A stretch of DNA of 64,000 nt from Abditibacteriaceae bacterium (GCA_965277285.1 OZ255721.1:3264001-3328000), one strand, 5' to 3'. Numbered from the stretch's first letter, positions 48,865 through 58,564 are shown. The notes: generated by a model not told the origin, from the letters alone. Program-made: numbers and translations.

Positions 48865-48968
48865 AAATCGAGTACTCGTTTTCTAAGATTCCTACCTTGA
48901 TATTCTACAAGCCTGTGAAAGTTTGCACAAGCAGAAAGCGCACGCTGTTTTCAGGACTTGAAACGTCG

Positions 48969-49670
48969 CTATTTTGCGGCGTCACGCATTGCCGCCAGCA
49001 AAGTTTCGCGCGCCTGCCAGATGATTTCGGTGTCCATTTTTTGGCGCGACTTTTCATCGAATGTTTGCCATGATGCTTGAACCTCCGCGTTCTGCGAAGC
49101 CAATCGAGAACGATGCAGCACTTCATATCCTAAAGAACGAAGCTCTATCGCGTTCTCCCACGCATTCTTGAGTATTGCGGCGTTATGAGTCTGGCGCGTT
49201 TCCATGTCAAGCGTTTGCCATAGCACATCAACCACCGCGCCCTGACAAACAAATTGTGCATGCCGCAACACTTTGTGCATGTAATAACACAAAGCAAGTA
49301 CAAGCAACGAACTATCGTTCGCTAAAGTTTCGAGTTGTGTCCGCGATAAATTGACATCATTTTCAATCGCCAGTTCTTCCAGCGCGATGAATTTCCATTT
49401 CCCAAGACCGACGCTCTGCGATGGATTAAAAAATGACGACATAAAATGCGAGAGCGTGGAAATATCACCGTCTTCGGGACACAAATCGCGTGGAAGAACA
49501 TCAATTCTATGGCGAAGCCGCGCTTCGCACAACTCGGTGAAACGCCATGCCGCGAGATTTTCTTCGTCCCATAAACCGAGATTCTGGTGCTCCTGTTCAT
49601 TCATCCACAATAGCAGTCCGAAGGCTCGACTTTGCAAATCGAGTACTCGATTCAGTTCTTCCTTTGTCAT
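48969..49670 (-). CDS. Hypothetical protein, tandem paralog A
   Basis: Shares MTKEELNRVLDLQ, MSSFFN, IALEELAIENDV and WQARE with 49902-50597. Confidence 0.75.
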   Translation of the reverse strand: MTKEELNRVLDLQSRAFGLLLWMNEQEHQNLGLWDEENLAAWRFTELCEARLRHRIDVLPRDLCPEDGDISTLSHFMSSFFNPSQSVGLGKWKFIALEELAIENDVNLSRTQLETLANDSSLLVLALCYYMHKVLRHAQFVCQGAVVDVLWQTLDMETRQTHNAAILKNAWENAIELRSLGYEVLHRSRLASQNAEVQASWQTFDEKSRQKMDTEIIWQARETLLAAMRDAAK

Positions 49671-49901
49671 AACTCACCAATAAACCGCACACATATTTGC
49701 TGTCATCAATTCTTTTCAACAATATGTTGAATATCTTCAAGGCTTCAGCACCCACATATTGATTCTTGTCAAGTATCGCGCGACGATAATTGCGGTTCCC
49801 GTATGAGAAATAACGTGCGAAGAAGCGAGATTGAAAATTTCTTTGGCGTTGTGAAAGTGGCGTAAACATTGTGATCGAAAGTTGGGACGTTTATCGCCTT
49901 C

Positions 49902-50597
49902 TTAACTCGTGATGTTGCGCAATGCGTTGAGCAACATTTCGCGCGCCTGCCAGATGACTTCCGTATTCAACTTCTGGCGCGTCTTTTTGTCCATCGTGTT
50001 CCACATCGCGTGAACCGCGGCGCCTTGCGAAGAAAATTGCGAACGTCGCACCAGTTCGTGCGCGTAAGAATACATATTGAGCGCGTCCGCGAGTTTTGTG
50101 TCGTGCGCCAAAGTTTTCAATTGTTGGGTCGACAAATCGACATCGTTTTCAATCGCCAACTCTTCCAGCGCGATGAGTTGCAAATTGTGCGCAGATTCTT
50201 CGCCTTTTTGACGAACGCGCTTTTTCTCTGCTGGCGTTTTATGCGCTAATGCAGATGAACCTGAAACCAGCTTTTTGCGGTGCCAAACCTTGTAGTTGTC
50301 AGGGTCTCGATACCACGTCGATTCGTTTTTCTCTTCGACATGAAACGAAGTGTTGAAAAACGACGACATCAGGTGTGCAAAAGCGGGAATGTCGTTTTCT
50401 TCGGGGCGCAAGTCGCGCGGAAAAATGCCGATCATGCGACGAACCCAATCTTCGCAGGAAGCCACGAAACGCCACATTCCAACGTTTTCGTCGCTTAACA
50501 AATCCGGTTGATGACGCGCCTGATCGTCAATCCACAACAGCAAACCGTAGGCTTTGTTTTGCAAATCGAGTACTCGATTCAATTCTTCTTTTGTCAT
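49902..50597 (-). CDS. Hypothetical protein, tandem paralog B
   Basis: Clear amino-acid similarity to 48969-49670. Confidence 0.8.
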   Translation of the reverse strand: MTKEELNRVLDLQNKAYGLLLWIDDQARHQPDLLSDENVGMWRFVASCEDWVRRMIGIFPRDLRPEENDIPAFAHLMSSFFNTSFHVEEKNESTWYRDPDNYKVWHRKKLVSGSSALAHKTPAEKKRVRQKGEESAHNLQLIALEELAIENDVDLSTQQLKTLAHDTKLADALNMYSYAHELVRRSQFSSQGAAVHAMWNTMDKKTRQKLNTEVIWQAREMLLNALRNITS

Positions 50598-50600
50598 AAA

Positions 50601-51104
50601 TCACCGATAAACCGCAAACGCGAAAATGCCCATCATCAAAAGACACACGAAAATTTGCACGAAGAGCGAAATGAAGTAGCCGATGAGGTAACCGCCGCTG
50701 GCTTTCAAAACCGCGTCCCAGCTTTTGTGGCGCTGATATTCCACGAGAGCAATCGCGCCCAGCGCACCGATGAACAAACCTGGCAGATGAAACAACAAAA
50801 GTCCAATTGTGCTGCCGACGATACTGGCGACGGTCGCCCAAATCGAAGCGCCGCCTTTTCGCGCGCCAATTGCGCTCGCCCAAATATCGGAGGTGCTGCC
50901 CGCAATCGCCAGCGACGCCAGAAAAATCAACGTCACTGGCCCGACTTTGGCGAAGTTGGTTTGCCACGCGTAAAGCGCCGCGCCGATGAAAACAATCGGC
51001 GGGCCGGGCACTAAAGGCACCAGCGAGCAGAACAGCCCAAACGCCATAATAATCCACGCGAAAAGCAGCGGGTCGCCAGCAGGAAAAGAAATCATAAAGC
51101 GCAT
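50601..51104 (-). CDS. DUF456 family membrane protein
   Basis: VPLVPGPPI, GARKGGAS.WA.VA.I.G..IG, G.FIGA.....LVE. Confidence 0.8.
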   Translation of the reverse strand: MRFMISFPAGDPLLFAWIIMAFGLFCSLVPLVPGPPIVFIGAALYAWQTNFAKVGPVTLIFLASLAIAGSTSDIWASAIGARKGGASIWATVASIVGSTIGLLLFHLPGLFIGALGAIALVEYQRHKSWDAVLKASGGYLIGYFISLFVQIFVCLLMMGIFAFAVYR

Positions 51105-51155
51105 CCTTGCGAAGTTGAAAAGCGCAATCGAGTACTCGAAATCGGGGCTTCCTCG

Positions 51156-52160
51156 TCATTGCATCAAGCCGTTGAGTTCGGTTTGCGAAAAGGAAATGTT
51201 CATTGTGGCTCCAGTGTCCTGCACGATTTTTTGCGCGATCAGTTTCGTAGTCGGCGCGAGAATCGAAAAGTGCGAGGCGCGCGGCACCGGCAGAAAATGC
51301 AGGTTCGGATTGGTCGAATACTTCTGCAAAATCTGCAACGACGTGTAATTGCTCGGTTTGTCCATGCCTTCAAAGACAAAGGTCGGATGGCTCACATCTT
51401 TCATCCAGTAAACCGGCGCGCGCAACATGGATTCGGTTTTGTTGGTGACATCGAATGGCACTTCGTCGGCGCCGTAAGTGCGCGGCGAAGTCACTGGCCC
51501 GAAGGCAAACGTCGCGCGAAAACGGTTTGGCATTTCCGAGGCGAGCAGCGCCAGAGTTCCGCCGGTGCTGTGTCCGCCCAGATAAATGCGGTTCGGATCA
51601 ACGAAAGGTTGCGTTGATAAATAGTTTGCGGCAGCCAAAACATCGTCGACTTCGCCGTAAAAGCCTTCTTTGAAGCCCGGATTCTTGTTGCCGCCGCGCA
51701 ACGAGGGATACATCATGACGATTCCGGCCCGGCGAAAAGCGCTCGCCGATTGATCGTTGTCGACAGGCGCGGGCTGCCATGCTCCATCGTCGATGCTGTT
51801 GCTGAAGCCGCCGAAAATCCAGATGATGGCCGGATGCTTTTTGCCGTCGCGCGGATCGGCGCTCAGATACGCCGCCAACTTTCCGATGGATGAAGGGTAA
51901 GAAACGGTTTGGAAAAGTTTGGCGGGCGGCGTCATTATGGCATGGCCATCGGTGGTTTGTCTCACCAATTGCGTACGATAATTACGGCGCGCGTCCGCCA
52001 GCGAAATCGTGGGCATCCGAAAAGTGCGGCGAGGCGCAGCCGTTTGAGGCGCAATGGCTTGAGGTTCAACATTGGGCAAGGTTTGTCCAATGCGCGCGCA
52101 GCCCGCAAAAAGTAGTGCCGTCACGATGAAAAGAAAAATTTTGGCGGAAAAAAGTCTCAT
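51156..52160 (-). CDS. Alpha/beta hydrolase (S9 peptidase-like) lipoprotein
   Basis: Lipobox FAGC; GHSTGG nucleophile elbow; VDPNRIYL. Confidence 0.85.
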   Translation of the reverse strand: MRLFSAKIFLFIVTALLFAGCARIGQTLPNVEPQAIAPQTAAPRRTFRMPTISLADARRNYRTQLVRQTTDGHAIMTPPAKLFQTVSYPSSIGKLAAYLSADPRDGKKHPAIIWIFGGFSNSIDDGAWQPAPVDNDQSASAFRRAGIVMMYPSLRGGNKNPGFKEGFYGEVDDVLAAANYLSTQPFVDPNRIYLGGHSTGGTLALLASEMPNRFRATFAFGPVTSPRTYGADEVPFDVTNKTESMLRAPVYWMKDVSHPTFVFEGMDKPSNYTSLQILQKYSTNPNLHFLPVPRASHFSILAPTTKLIAQKIVQDTGATMNISFSQTELNGLMQ

Positions 52161-52277
52161 AGCGACAATAATACAACCTTTTCGCCTTTCGAGTACTCGA
52201 TATTGAATGCAACGTTCCAAACGCCGGAACTGATAATAGGCAAACTTCGCCCCGCGCAGCGATACTACAAAGACATT

Positions 52278-54533
52278 ATGCCCAAGAAACCAAAAACCTC
52301 TTCTTCCACCATGAAAAAAGCCGTCAGCAAAAAACCGACGACTTCTCGCTCTTCAACTCCAACATCGAGTACTCGAAGCGCCACCAATCGTCCCAAAGAT
52401 CGCGGACAAAATGCCAAAGCTGCCAATCCACAAAGTACGGATGGTGCGCCGACTATCAAAACCCGCAACCCGAAAACACCTCAAGTCGAAAACCGCAAAA
52501 CGCGTCGCCTGGCTTTGCAGCGCGAAGTCAACGAACGCGAAGAAGCGTCCGCTCATTCCAGTGCGTCGGGCGAAATCGTCGCGCCGCAAATTCCAAATGT
52601 CGACGTCGGAAGTGAAAACGCCGATGAAGTTGCGGCAACAGAAATTGCACTTGTCGAAAACGTTGCGCCCCAACCGGACAATGTTGAAGTAACAAGCGAA
52701 GCAACGAACGAAGTTGCGCCGCCAGAAACGGCTGCGAGCGTTGAAGTTGTCAATCCGCAAACCGCCGATGACGAAGCGCAACCCGAAAAGCCGCGCAAGA
52801 AAATTCGTAAAACGGAAAACGACGTGCCTGCAAAAAATGACGCGCCCGCGAAAAACGTTGAAGCGCCAACAGTCAAAGCGCGCAAAGAAAAAGCGGTCGA
52901 AGCCAAGGCTGAAGAAACCGAATCGCAAAACGAAAAAATGGACAACGAAGACACGCCCGCGTTCGACGAACTCGGACTGGACGAAAGCATCACGCGCGCG
53001 ATTTCAGCTTTGGGTTTCGAGACGCCGACGCCAATTCAAGCGCGCTCAATTCCTTTGCTGCTACAAGGCCGCGACATCATCGGTCAGGCGCAAACTGGAA
53101 CCGGAAAAACCGCCGCTTTCGCTTTGCCAATGATTCAGAAAATTGATGTCAATCGCCGCGAAACGCAGGCTTTGGTGTTGGCACCGACGCGCGAACTGGC
53201 GATTCAAGTCGCGGGCGGCATTTACGATTTGGCGAAGCATACATCCGCGCGCGTCGTGCCGGTTTATGGTGGACAGCCGATTGATCGCCAGTTTCGCGCG
53301 CTGCAACAAGGCGCGCATATCGTGGTTGGAACGCCCGGTCGAGTACTCGATCATTTGCGTCGCGGTTCGCTGTCGCTGGAAAACGTGACGTTTTGCACGC
53401 TGGATGAAGCGGACGAAATGCTGGCGCTGGGTTTTCTCGAAGATATGGAAACGATCCTGGCGATGCTGCCCGAAAATCGTCAACTGGCGTTTTTCTCGGC
53501 CACGATGCCGCCGCGCATCGCGGCTTTGACCAAGCGTTTTCTGAAGAATCCCGAACACGTCGCCATCGACACCAAGCGCCGCACCGTCGATGCGATTGAA
53601 CAAACTTATTATGAAGTTCCCCGTGGCAAAAAGCTGGAAGCGCTGGGTCGAGTACTCGATATGGAAACGCCCGGCCCGACGATTGTGTTTTGTCACACGC
53701 GCCAGGAAACCAACGATTTATCCGAAGCCTTGCGGTTGCGCGGCTACAGCGCCGAAGCCTTGAACGGCGAAATGAGCCAGGCCGACCGCGAGCGCGTTTT
53801 GCGCCGTTTCCGCGACGGTCAGGCCGACCTTTTGGTGGCGACCGATGTCGCGGCGCGCGGTCTGGATATTGATTCGGTCACGCACGTCATCAACTACAAC
53901 TTGCCGTGGGATGTCGAGCAATATATCCATCGCATCGGGCGCACAGGCCGCGCCGGACGCAAAGGCGACGCGATCACTTTGGTCGAAGCGCGCGAACGTC
54001 GCAAGCTGAAGTTTATCGAGCAGATGACGGGCGCCAAAATCAAACCGGCGCGCATTCCGACGAGCGCCGACATCGCCGCGCGGCGCCGCGAAAACTTCGC
54101 CGACGGGTTGCGCACGGCTTTGGAAGCGAGCGAGTACGAGGCGCAGTTGTCGATTGTCGAAGAATTGAGCGAAGAGTTCGATACGGCGGAAATCGCCGCT
54201 GCCGCTTTGCAGATGTTGTGGCAATTGCAACACAACGCGCCCGACGACAGCGGCGAAGAACTTTCGGCAGGCGGCGAGCAACCCGAAAACGGCATGACGC
54301 GCTTGCAATTAGGTATTGGCCGACAAGACGGTTTGCGCGTCGGCGAATTGGTCGGCTTGATTTCCAAAGAGTGCGGCCTGAACGCGCGTTCTATCGGCAC
54401 CATTGAACTTTTGGATCGCTCGACGTTTCTCGAAGTGCCAAGCCGCGAAGCCGAAAACGTGTTGCACGTTTTGCGCGACACGCCGTTCAAAGGTCGTCGA
54501 CCGAAAGCCGATTTCGCAGCACCACGCGCCTGA
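52278..54533 (+). CDS. deaD: DEAD-box RNA helicase with DbpA-type C-terminal RNA-binding domain
   Basis: PTPIQ, AQTGTGKT, PTRELA, GTPGR, DEAD, SAT, ARGLD, HRIGRTGRAG; start uncertain (52278 or 52938). Confidence 0.9.
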   Translation: MPKKPKTSSSTMKKAVSKKPTTSRSSTPTSSTRSATNRPKDRGQNAKAANPQSTDGAPTIKTRNPKTPQVENRKTRRLALQREVNEREEASAHSSASGEIVAPQIPNVDVGSENADEVAATEIALVENVAPQPDNVEVTSEATNEVAPPETAASVEVVNPQTADDEAQPEKPRKKIRKTENDVPAKNDAPAKNVEAPTVKARKEKAVEAKAEETESQNEKMDNEDTPAFDELGLDESITRAISALGFETPTPIQARSIPLLLQGRDIIGQAQTGTGKTAAFALPMIQKIDVNRRETQALVLAPTRELAIQVAGGIYDLAKHTSARVVPVYGGQPIDRQFRALQQGAHIVVGTPGRVLDHLRRGSLSLENVTFCTLDEADEMLALGFLEDMETILAMLPENRQLAFFSATMPPRIAALTKRFLKNPEHVAIDTKRRTVDAIEQTYYEVPRGKKLEALGRVLDMETPGPTIVFCHTRQETNDLSEALRLRGYSAEALNGEMSQADRERVLRRFRDGQADLLVATDVAARGLDIDSVTHVINYNLPWDVEQYIHRIGRTGRAGRKGDAITLVEARERRKLKFIEQMTGAKIKPARIPTSADIAARRRENFADGLRTALEASEYEAQLSIVEELSEEFDTAEIAAAALQMLWQLQHNAPDDSGEELSAGGEQPENGMTRLQLGIGRQDGLRVGELVGLISKECGLNARSIGTIELLDRSTFLEVPSREAENVLHVLRDTPFKGRRPKADFAAPRA

Positions 54534-54540
54534 AGCGGAT

Positions 54541-54653
54541 AATAGCCACAAAGATCACAGAGAGCACAAAGAAAAACAGAAGAAAAACGACATGTATAGT
54601 TAAATCGTCCCTCTTTTGAATTCTTTGTGCTCTCTGTGATCTTTGTGGCTATT
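54541..54653. repeat. Hairpin repeat related to family E (AGCCACAAAGATCACAGAGAGCACAAAGAA...)
   Basis: Perfect arms of about 33 bp; half copies near 8294, 36310, 38837 and 55597. Confidence 0.7.
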
Positions 54654-55584
54654 TCAACAAGCGCACCAGGAAAATCGCGGCGGAAACCGTGATGACCGAC
54701 AGCAAAGTCGAATAAAAGACGACGGAGCTGGCGTAATCGGCTTCGTTGTCGTATTCAATCGCGAGCAGAGCGGAATTGATCGAAACCGGAAAACTGGCGG
54801 CCACGACAAGAGATTGCGTCAGGGCGAGCGGCATTTGCATCAATCGCGCGAGGAAAAATCCCAGAATTGGCGACACGATCAAGCGCAAAAGCAGCGTCCA
54901 CACAATCGGCGCATCGACGCGGAACGACTTCAAAAGCGCCATCTGCGCGCCCAAGGTCACTAGCGCAATCGGCACCAAACCGTCGGACAAATAATGCAGC
55001 GCGGTGTTGACGGGCAGCGGCAAAGTCCAGCCGGTCGCGCGCCAGGCGAAAGCGACGAACAGCGTTTGCAGCATCGGCAGTTTCCAGATGGCGCCCAGCG
55101 TTTCGCGGTGCGTTGAACCTGTTTTGCTGCCCGCGTGCATTCCCAAACCAATGGTGAAAGTCGTGGTGTTTTGCAGCATCATCACCATCGCTTGAATGGC
55201 GACGCCCGCCGCGCCAAACGCAAGTTGCGCCGCGGGAACGCCGTAATTGCCCGCGTTGTAGAAAATCACCGAATTGGTCATGGCGCGCTTCAAACCGTTA
55301 CTCGCGCCCAACAAACTGGCGATTTGCCAGGTCGGTACCCACAAAATCGCGCCGAGCGTGAGAAAATGCGCGACGATGAGCGCGATGTCATGCGCCGAAA
55401 GTTTCGATTCGACGATGTAAACGAACAAAAACGCGGGCACGAAAATCCAGAAGTTCAAGCGTGTGAGCGTTCGTATATCGAAACCCAGACGTTTTTGAAC
55501 GCCGTATCCGACGCCCATCAGCAGGAAAATCGGCGCGATGACAACGGTGATGATTTGCGCGAAAAGAGAAAAAGCGGAAAGCAC
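54649..55584 (-). CDS. AEC (auxin efflux carrier) family transporter
   Basis: FVPAFLF, NAGNYGVP, PIALVTLG, LRLIVSP. Confidence 0.9.
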   Translation of the reverse strand: MLSAFSLFAQIITVVIAPIFLLMGVGYGVQKRLGFDIRTLTRLNFWIFVPAFLFVYIVESKLSAHDIALIVAHFLTLGAILWVPTWQIASLLGASNGLKRAMTNSVIFYNAGNYGVPAAQLAFGAAGVAIQAMVMMLQNTTTFTIGLGMHAGSKTGSTHRETLGAIWKLPMLQTLFVAFAWRATGWTLPLPVNTALHYLSDGLVPIALVTLGAQMALLKSFRVDAPIVWTLLLRLIVSPILGFFLARLMQMPLALTQSLVVAASFPVSINSALLAIEYDNEADYASSVVFYSTLLSVITVSAAIFLVRLLK

Positions 55585-55716
55585 GAGAAGCCATTTTAAC
55601 TACAAAGACACTAAAAGAACAAAGAATCGAGTACTCGAAAGTGAGAATGACAAACTTCGGCTCCTGAAACAGCTTTCTGAAACAAAGATGGACTTCTACT
55701 TGCTCGTTAATAGGGC

Positions 55717-56475
55717 ATGAAAACTCCCCTTTCTCCAACTGCTTCCGATACAAAGTCCAAGATTGTGACACACGATGTCGAATATCGGCAGGGCGACACG
55801 GCTTTGCAAGGCTATATCGCTTACGATGAGGCGTTCGAGGGCGAGCGTCCCGGCGTTTTGATCGCGCATCAATGGATGGGTTTGAGCGACAACGAAAAGC
55901 GTCGCGCGAACATGCTGGCCGAGATGGGTTACGTCGCTTTCGCCGTTGATGTTTATGGCAAAGGTATTCGCCCCAAGACGGTTGAAGAAGCGATGGCGCA
56001 GGCCGGAAAGTATCGCGCCGACCGACCTTTATTGCGCGAACGCGTCGCGGCGGCGGTCACGGAACTGCGCAAAAATCCTTTAGTTGACACCGAACGTTTG
56101 GCGATTATCGGCTATTGTTTTGGCGGAGGCGCCGCACTCGAACTGGCGCGTAGCGGCGCCGACCTCAAAGGTTTCGTTTGCTTTCATGGCAATTTGGATA
56201 CGCCTGACAGAAGCCTGGCGAAAAATATCAAAGGCAAGCTGCTGGTGCTCAACGGCGCGATTGATCCTTTCATCAAGGCGGAAGCGATTGCGAGGTTTCA
56301 CGACGAAATGGAAGCCGCCAAAGTCGATTATCAGTTCATCTCTTACAGCGGCGCGGTTCACGCCTTTACGCAGCGCGATGCTGGCGATGATGTTTCCAAA
56401 GGTTTCGCCTACGACGCCAAAGCCGACCGCCGCAGTTGGCAAGCGATGCAAGACTTCTTCGCTGAAATTTTCTAA
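55717..56475 (+). CDS. Dienelactone hydrolase family protein
   Basis: HQWMG, GYCFGG, FHG, YSGAVHAFT. Confidence 0.92.
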   Translation: MKTPLSPTASDTKSKIVTHDVEYRQGDTALQGYIAYDEAFEGERPGVLIAHQWMGLSDNEKRRANMLAEMGYVAFAVDVYGKGIRPKTVEEAMAQAGKYRADRPLLRERVAAAVTELRKNPLVDTERLAIIGYCFGGGAALELARSGADLKGFVCFHGNLDTPDRSLAKNIKGKLLVLNGAIDPFIKAEAIARFHDEMEAAKVDYQFISYSGAVHAFTQRDAGDDVSKGFAYDAKADRRSWQAMQDFFAEIF

Positions 56476-56724
56476 GCAACTTATCGAAAAAAGAACACGG
56501 AGCTTCGCTACACGGATCGAACGGATGAACACGGATTTTCTTTTGGTTTGCATCCGTGTGAATCTGTTTTATCTGTGTAGCGAAGCTCCGTGTTCTCTTC
56601 TAAAACGATGCTTTAAAAATATACAAAAGCTCCACGTTGCAGATAACGCGGAGCTTTTTGCTGTCAATCGAGTACTCGATTTCTCTTGGCGTTTTGGCGG
56701 TTCGCAAAGTTAAACTGAGCGCCC

Positions 56725-58137
56725 ATGAAAGTCACTCAAGTCGCGCTTCGTCCGACAACGGCGTCCCAAGAAGCCGGTCGTCCTGCTCTCACGCCCGAAC
56801 TTTTGGCCGCCAGTGGCGCGCGCTATTCGCGTTCCAGCGAAGGTTTGGACGCCATTCTCGCCAAAATCGACCCGAACAACCTGGATAGATCCGTCGATTC
56901 CATCTTTAAGATGATCGACTATGGTCATCAATCCATTGCCGATATGGTTCCCGTCGCCATTTTTATGGACGGCGTTTCGCTCTGGCTGGCGTATTATGTC
57001 TGGTCGCTTTGCCCGACGGCGGGCGGTCAGGAATCGAGTACTCGATACATCAATTATCAATCGCTGGAAGAGTTGCGCGCGACGGATTTCGGCATCGCGG
57101 AAAAGCACGAAACGGAATGGAAAACCGGCGTGCGCAACGCCTTTGAATGTTACGATGCGGCGTTGGCAATCTGGGAAGAAATCGCGGCGCGCGAGCCAAG
57201 CGTGATGCGACTTCCTCAAAGTTTGCTGGAAGATTCGTCGGAAAAGGCGCAAAAGCAAATCGCGCGAATGCGCCGCAATTATGCCTTTGATCGCGCGCGC
57301 TATTTTCTGCCGATTTGTGCGCCAACCAACATGATGATGATCCAATCGGCGCGCGCCTGGACAAGTTTGTGCCAACATCTTTTGTCACACGTTTTGCCCG
57401 AAGCGCAACAATTGGGAACATTGATTCGCGCTGAACTTGAACTCGCCGCGCCGCGCATGACGCGTCACGCCACGGCGAAAACTTCAATTCAGCAAGGTTT
57501 ACAAAACGAATGGCGGAAGTTACAGCAAATGGCGAAAAACCGTTGTGAACACTTGGAAGGAAACGCCGATTCCGAACATCCGCCGCGCGCGTTTTTGAAC
57601 GTTGATTTGCCGCCGGACGTAACCGAGAACGACATTGCGGAAAGTTTGAGTTTCCACGACAACCGCTATGCGTGGCTTGGTTCGCCGTTGCAAAGATCGA
57701 GTACTCGATTCGGCTGGAAAGCTGTCGCGCTGGCCGAAATCCGTGATTTGAATCGCCATCGCACCGGAACGAAATGGTGTCCTCTCGTTCCGCAAGGTTT
57801 CTACGCCGCTCTGGAGCAATTGCCGACGCAATTTGAAACAGGATTCGGCGACAAATTGCGCGCGTTGAATGAACAAGAGAAAGCTGCTTCGCGCTACGCG
57901 CTGGAATTGCTGCGCGAAGGCGAAAACTCTTACGTTTACTCGCTTTTACTGGGCACACAATTCTCGTTTGAACATACGACGACAGCCGACAAGTTTATTT
58001 ACGAAGCCGAACTGCGAACTGGAACCGGCGCGCATTATCGTTACGCTGAACATCTGCGCGACGTTTTGGCTTTGTGGTACGAGAAGTTTCCACAAACCCA
58101 CGGCCTGGTTTTGGAAGGTAGCGCGGAACCAGAGTGA
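56725..58137 (+). CDS. ThyX-like (FAD-dependent thymidylate synthase fold) tandem-domain protein
   Basis: ARYSRS, YGHQSIAD, QESSTRY, AFDRARYFLP, RDLNRHR, YEAELRT..G.H..Y. Confidence 0.7.
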   Translation: MKVTQVALRPTTASQEAGRPALTPELLAASGARYSRSSEGLDAILAKIDPNNLDRSVDSIFKMIDYGHQSIADMVPVAIFMDGVSLWLAYYVWSLCPTAGGQESSTRYINYQSLEELRATDFGIAEKHETEWKTGVRNAFECYDAALAIWEEIAAREPSVMRLPQSLLEDSSEKAQKQIARMRRNYAFDRARYFLPICAPTNMMMIQSARAWTSLCQHLLSHVLPEAQQLGTLIRAELELAAPRMTRHATAKTSIQQGLQNEWRKLQQMAKNRCEHLEGNADSEHPPRAFLNVDLPPDVTENDIAESLSFHDNRYAWLGSPLQRSSTRFGWKAVALAEIRDLNRHRTGTKWCPLVPQGFYAALEQLPTQFETGFGDKLRALNEQEKAASRYALELLREGENSYVYSLLLGTQFSFEHTTTADKFIYEAELRTGTGAHYRYAEHLRDVLALWYEKFPQTHGLVLEGSAEPE

Positions 58138-58142
58138 AAACC

Positions 58143-58454
58143 ATGAAACGTTATATTCTTGTGCTGCAATTTTCGTTTTCGAGCATTGACGATTACGATG
58201 CAATGATTCAGTTAGAAGACGACCTTGTTCGCTCGTTATGCAGATTAGCTGAAGTCGACGGACACGATGCCGGAAGCGGCGAAATGAACATCTTCATCTT
58301 TACGGATGATGCGCAACAGACATTCGAGGAAGCTGGATTTGTGGTTAAAAGATCAAGTTTGTTTTTGAAAGCGGCGGCTTTTCGATTAGTTGAAGGCGAA
58401 GAATACACAAGACTCTGGCCGATTAATTCAACTATCCCTTTCGTCGTCACATAA
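58143..58454 (+). CDS. Hypothetical protein
   Basis: VDGHDAGSGEMNIFI-containing ORF of about 103 aa, AT-richer. Confidence 0.65.
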   Translation: MKRYILVLQFSFSSIDDYDAMIQLEDDLVRSLCRLAEVDGHDAGSGEMNIFIFTDDAQQTFEEAGFVVKRSSLFLKAAAFRLVEGEEYTRLWPINSTIPFVVT

Positions 58455-58475
58455 AAGTTACGCAAGGCTTTGTCA

Positions 58476-58542
58476 CGCAAAAACGGCGCAAATCAACGCG
58501 ATTCGGTTACAAAGAATCGCATTGATTTGCGCCGTTTTTGCG
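58476..58542. terminator. Long hairpin between convergent genes
   Basis: CGCAAAAACGGCGCAAATCAA...TTGATTTGCGCCGTTTTTGCG. Confidence 0.65.
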
Positions 58543-58564
58543 AACGAAGTTAGCGTAACACTCT

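Noticed and set aside
49597..49869. 90-aa ORF between the tandem paralogues
   Set aside because: It overlaps paralog A out of frame and has no recognisable motif; probably a remnant or spurious.
4623..58454. AT-rich genes (4623, 13416, 23424, 41665, 58143) lacking internal motif copies as proof of foreign origin
   Set aside because: Together they span only about 2.3 kb, where roughly one coding copy is expected, so the absence is not informative at this scale.
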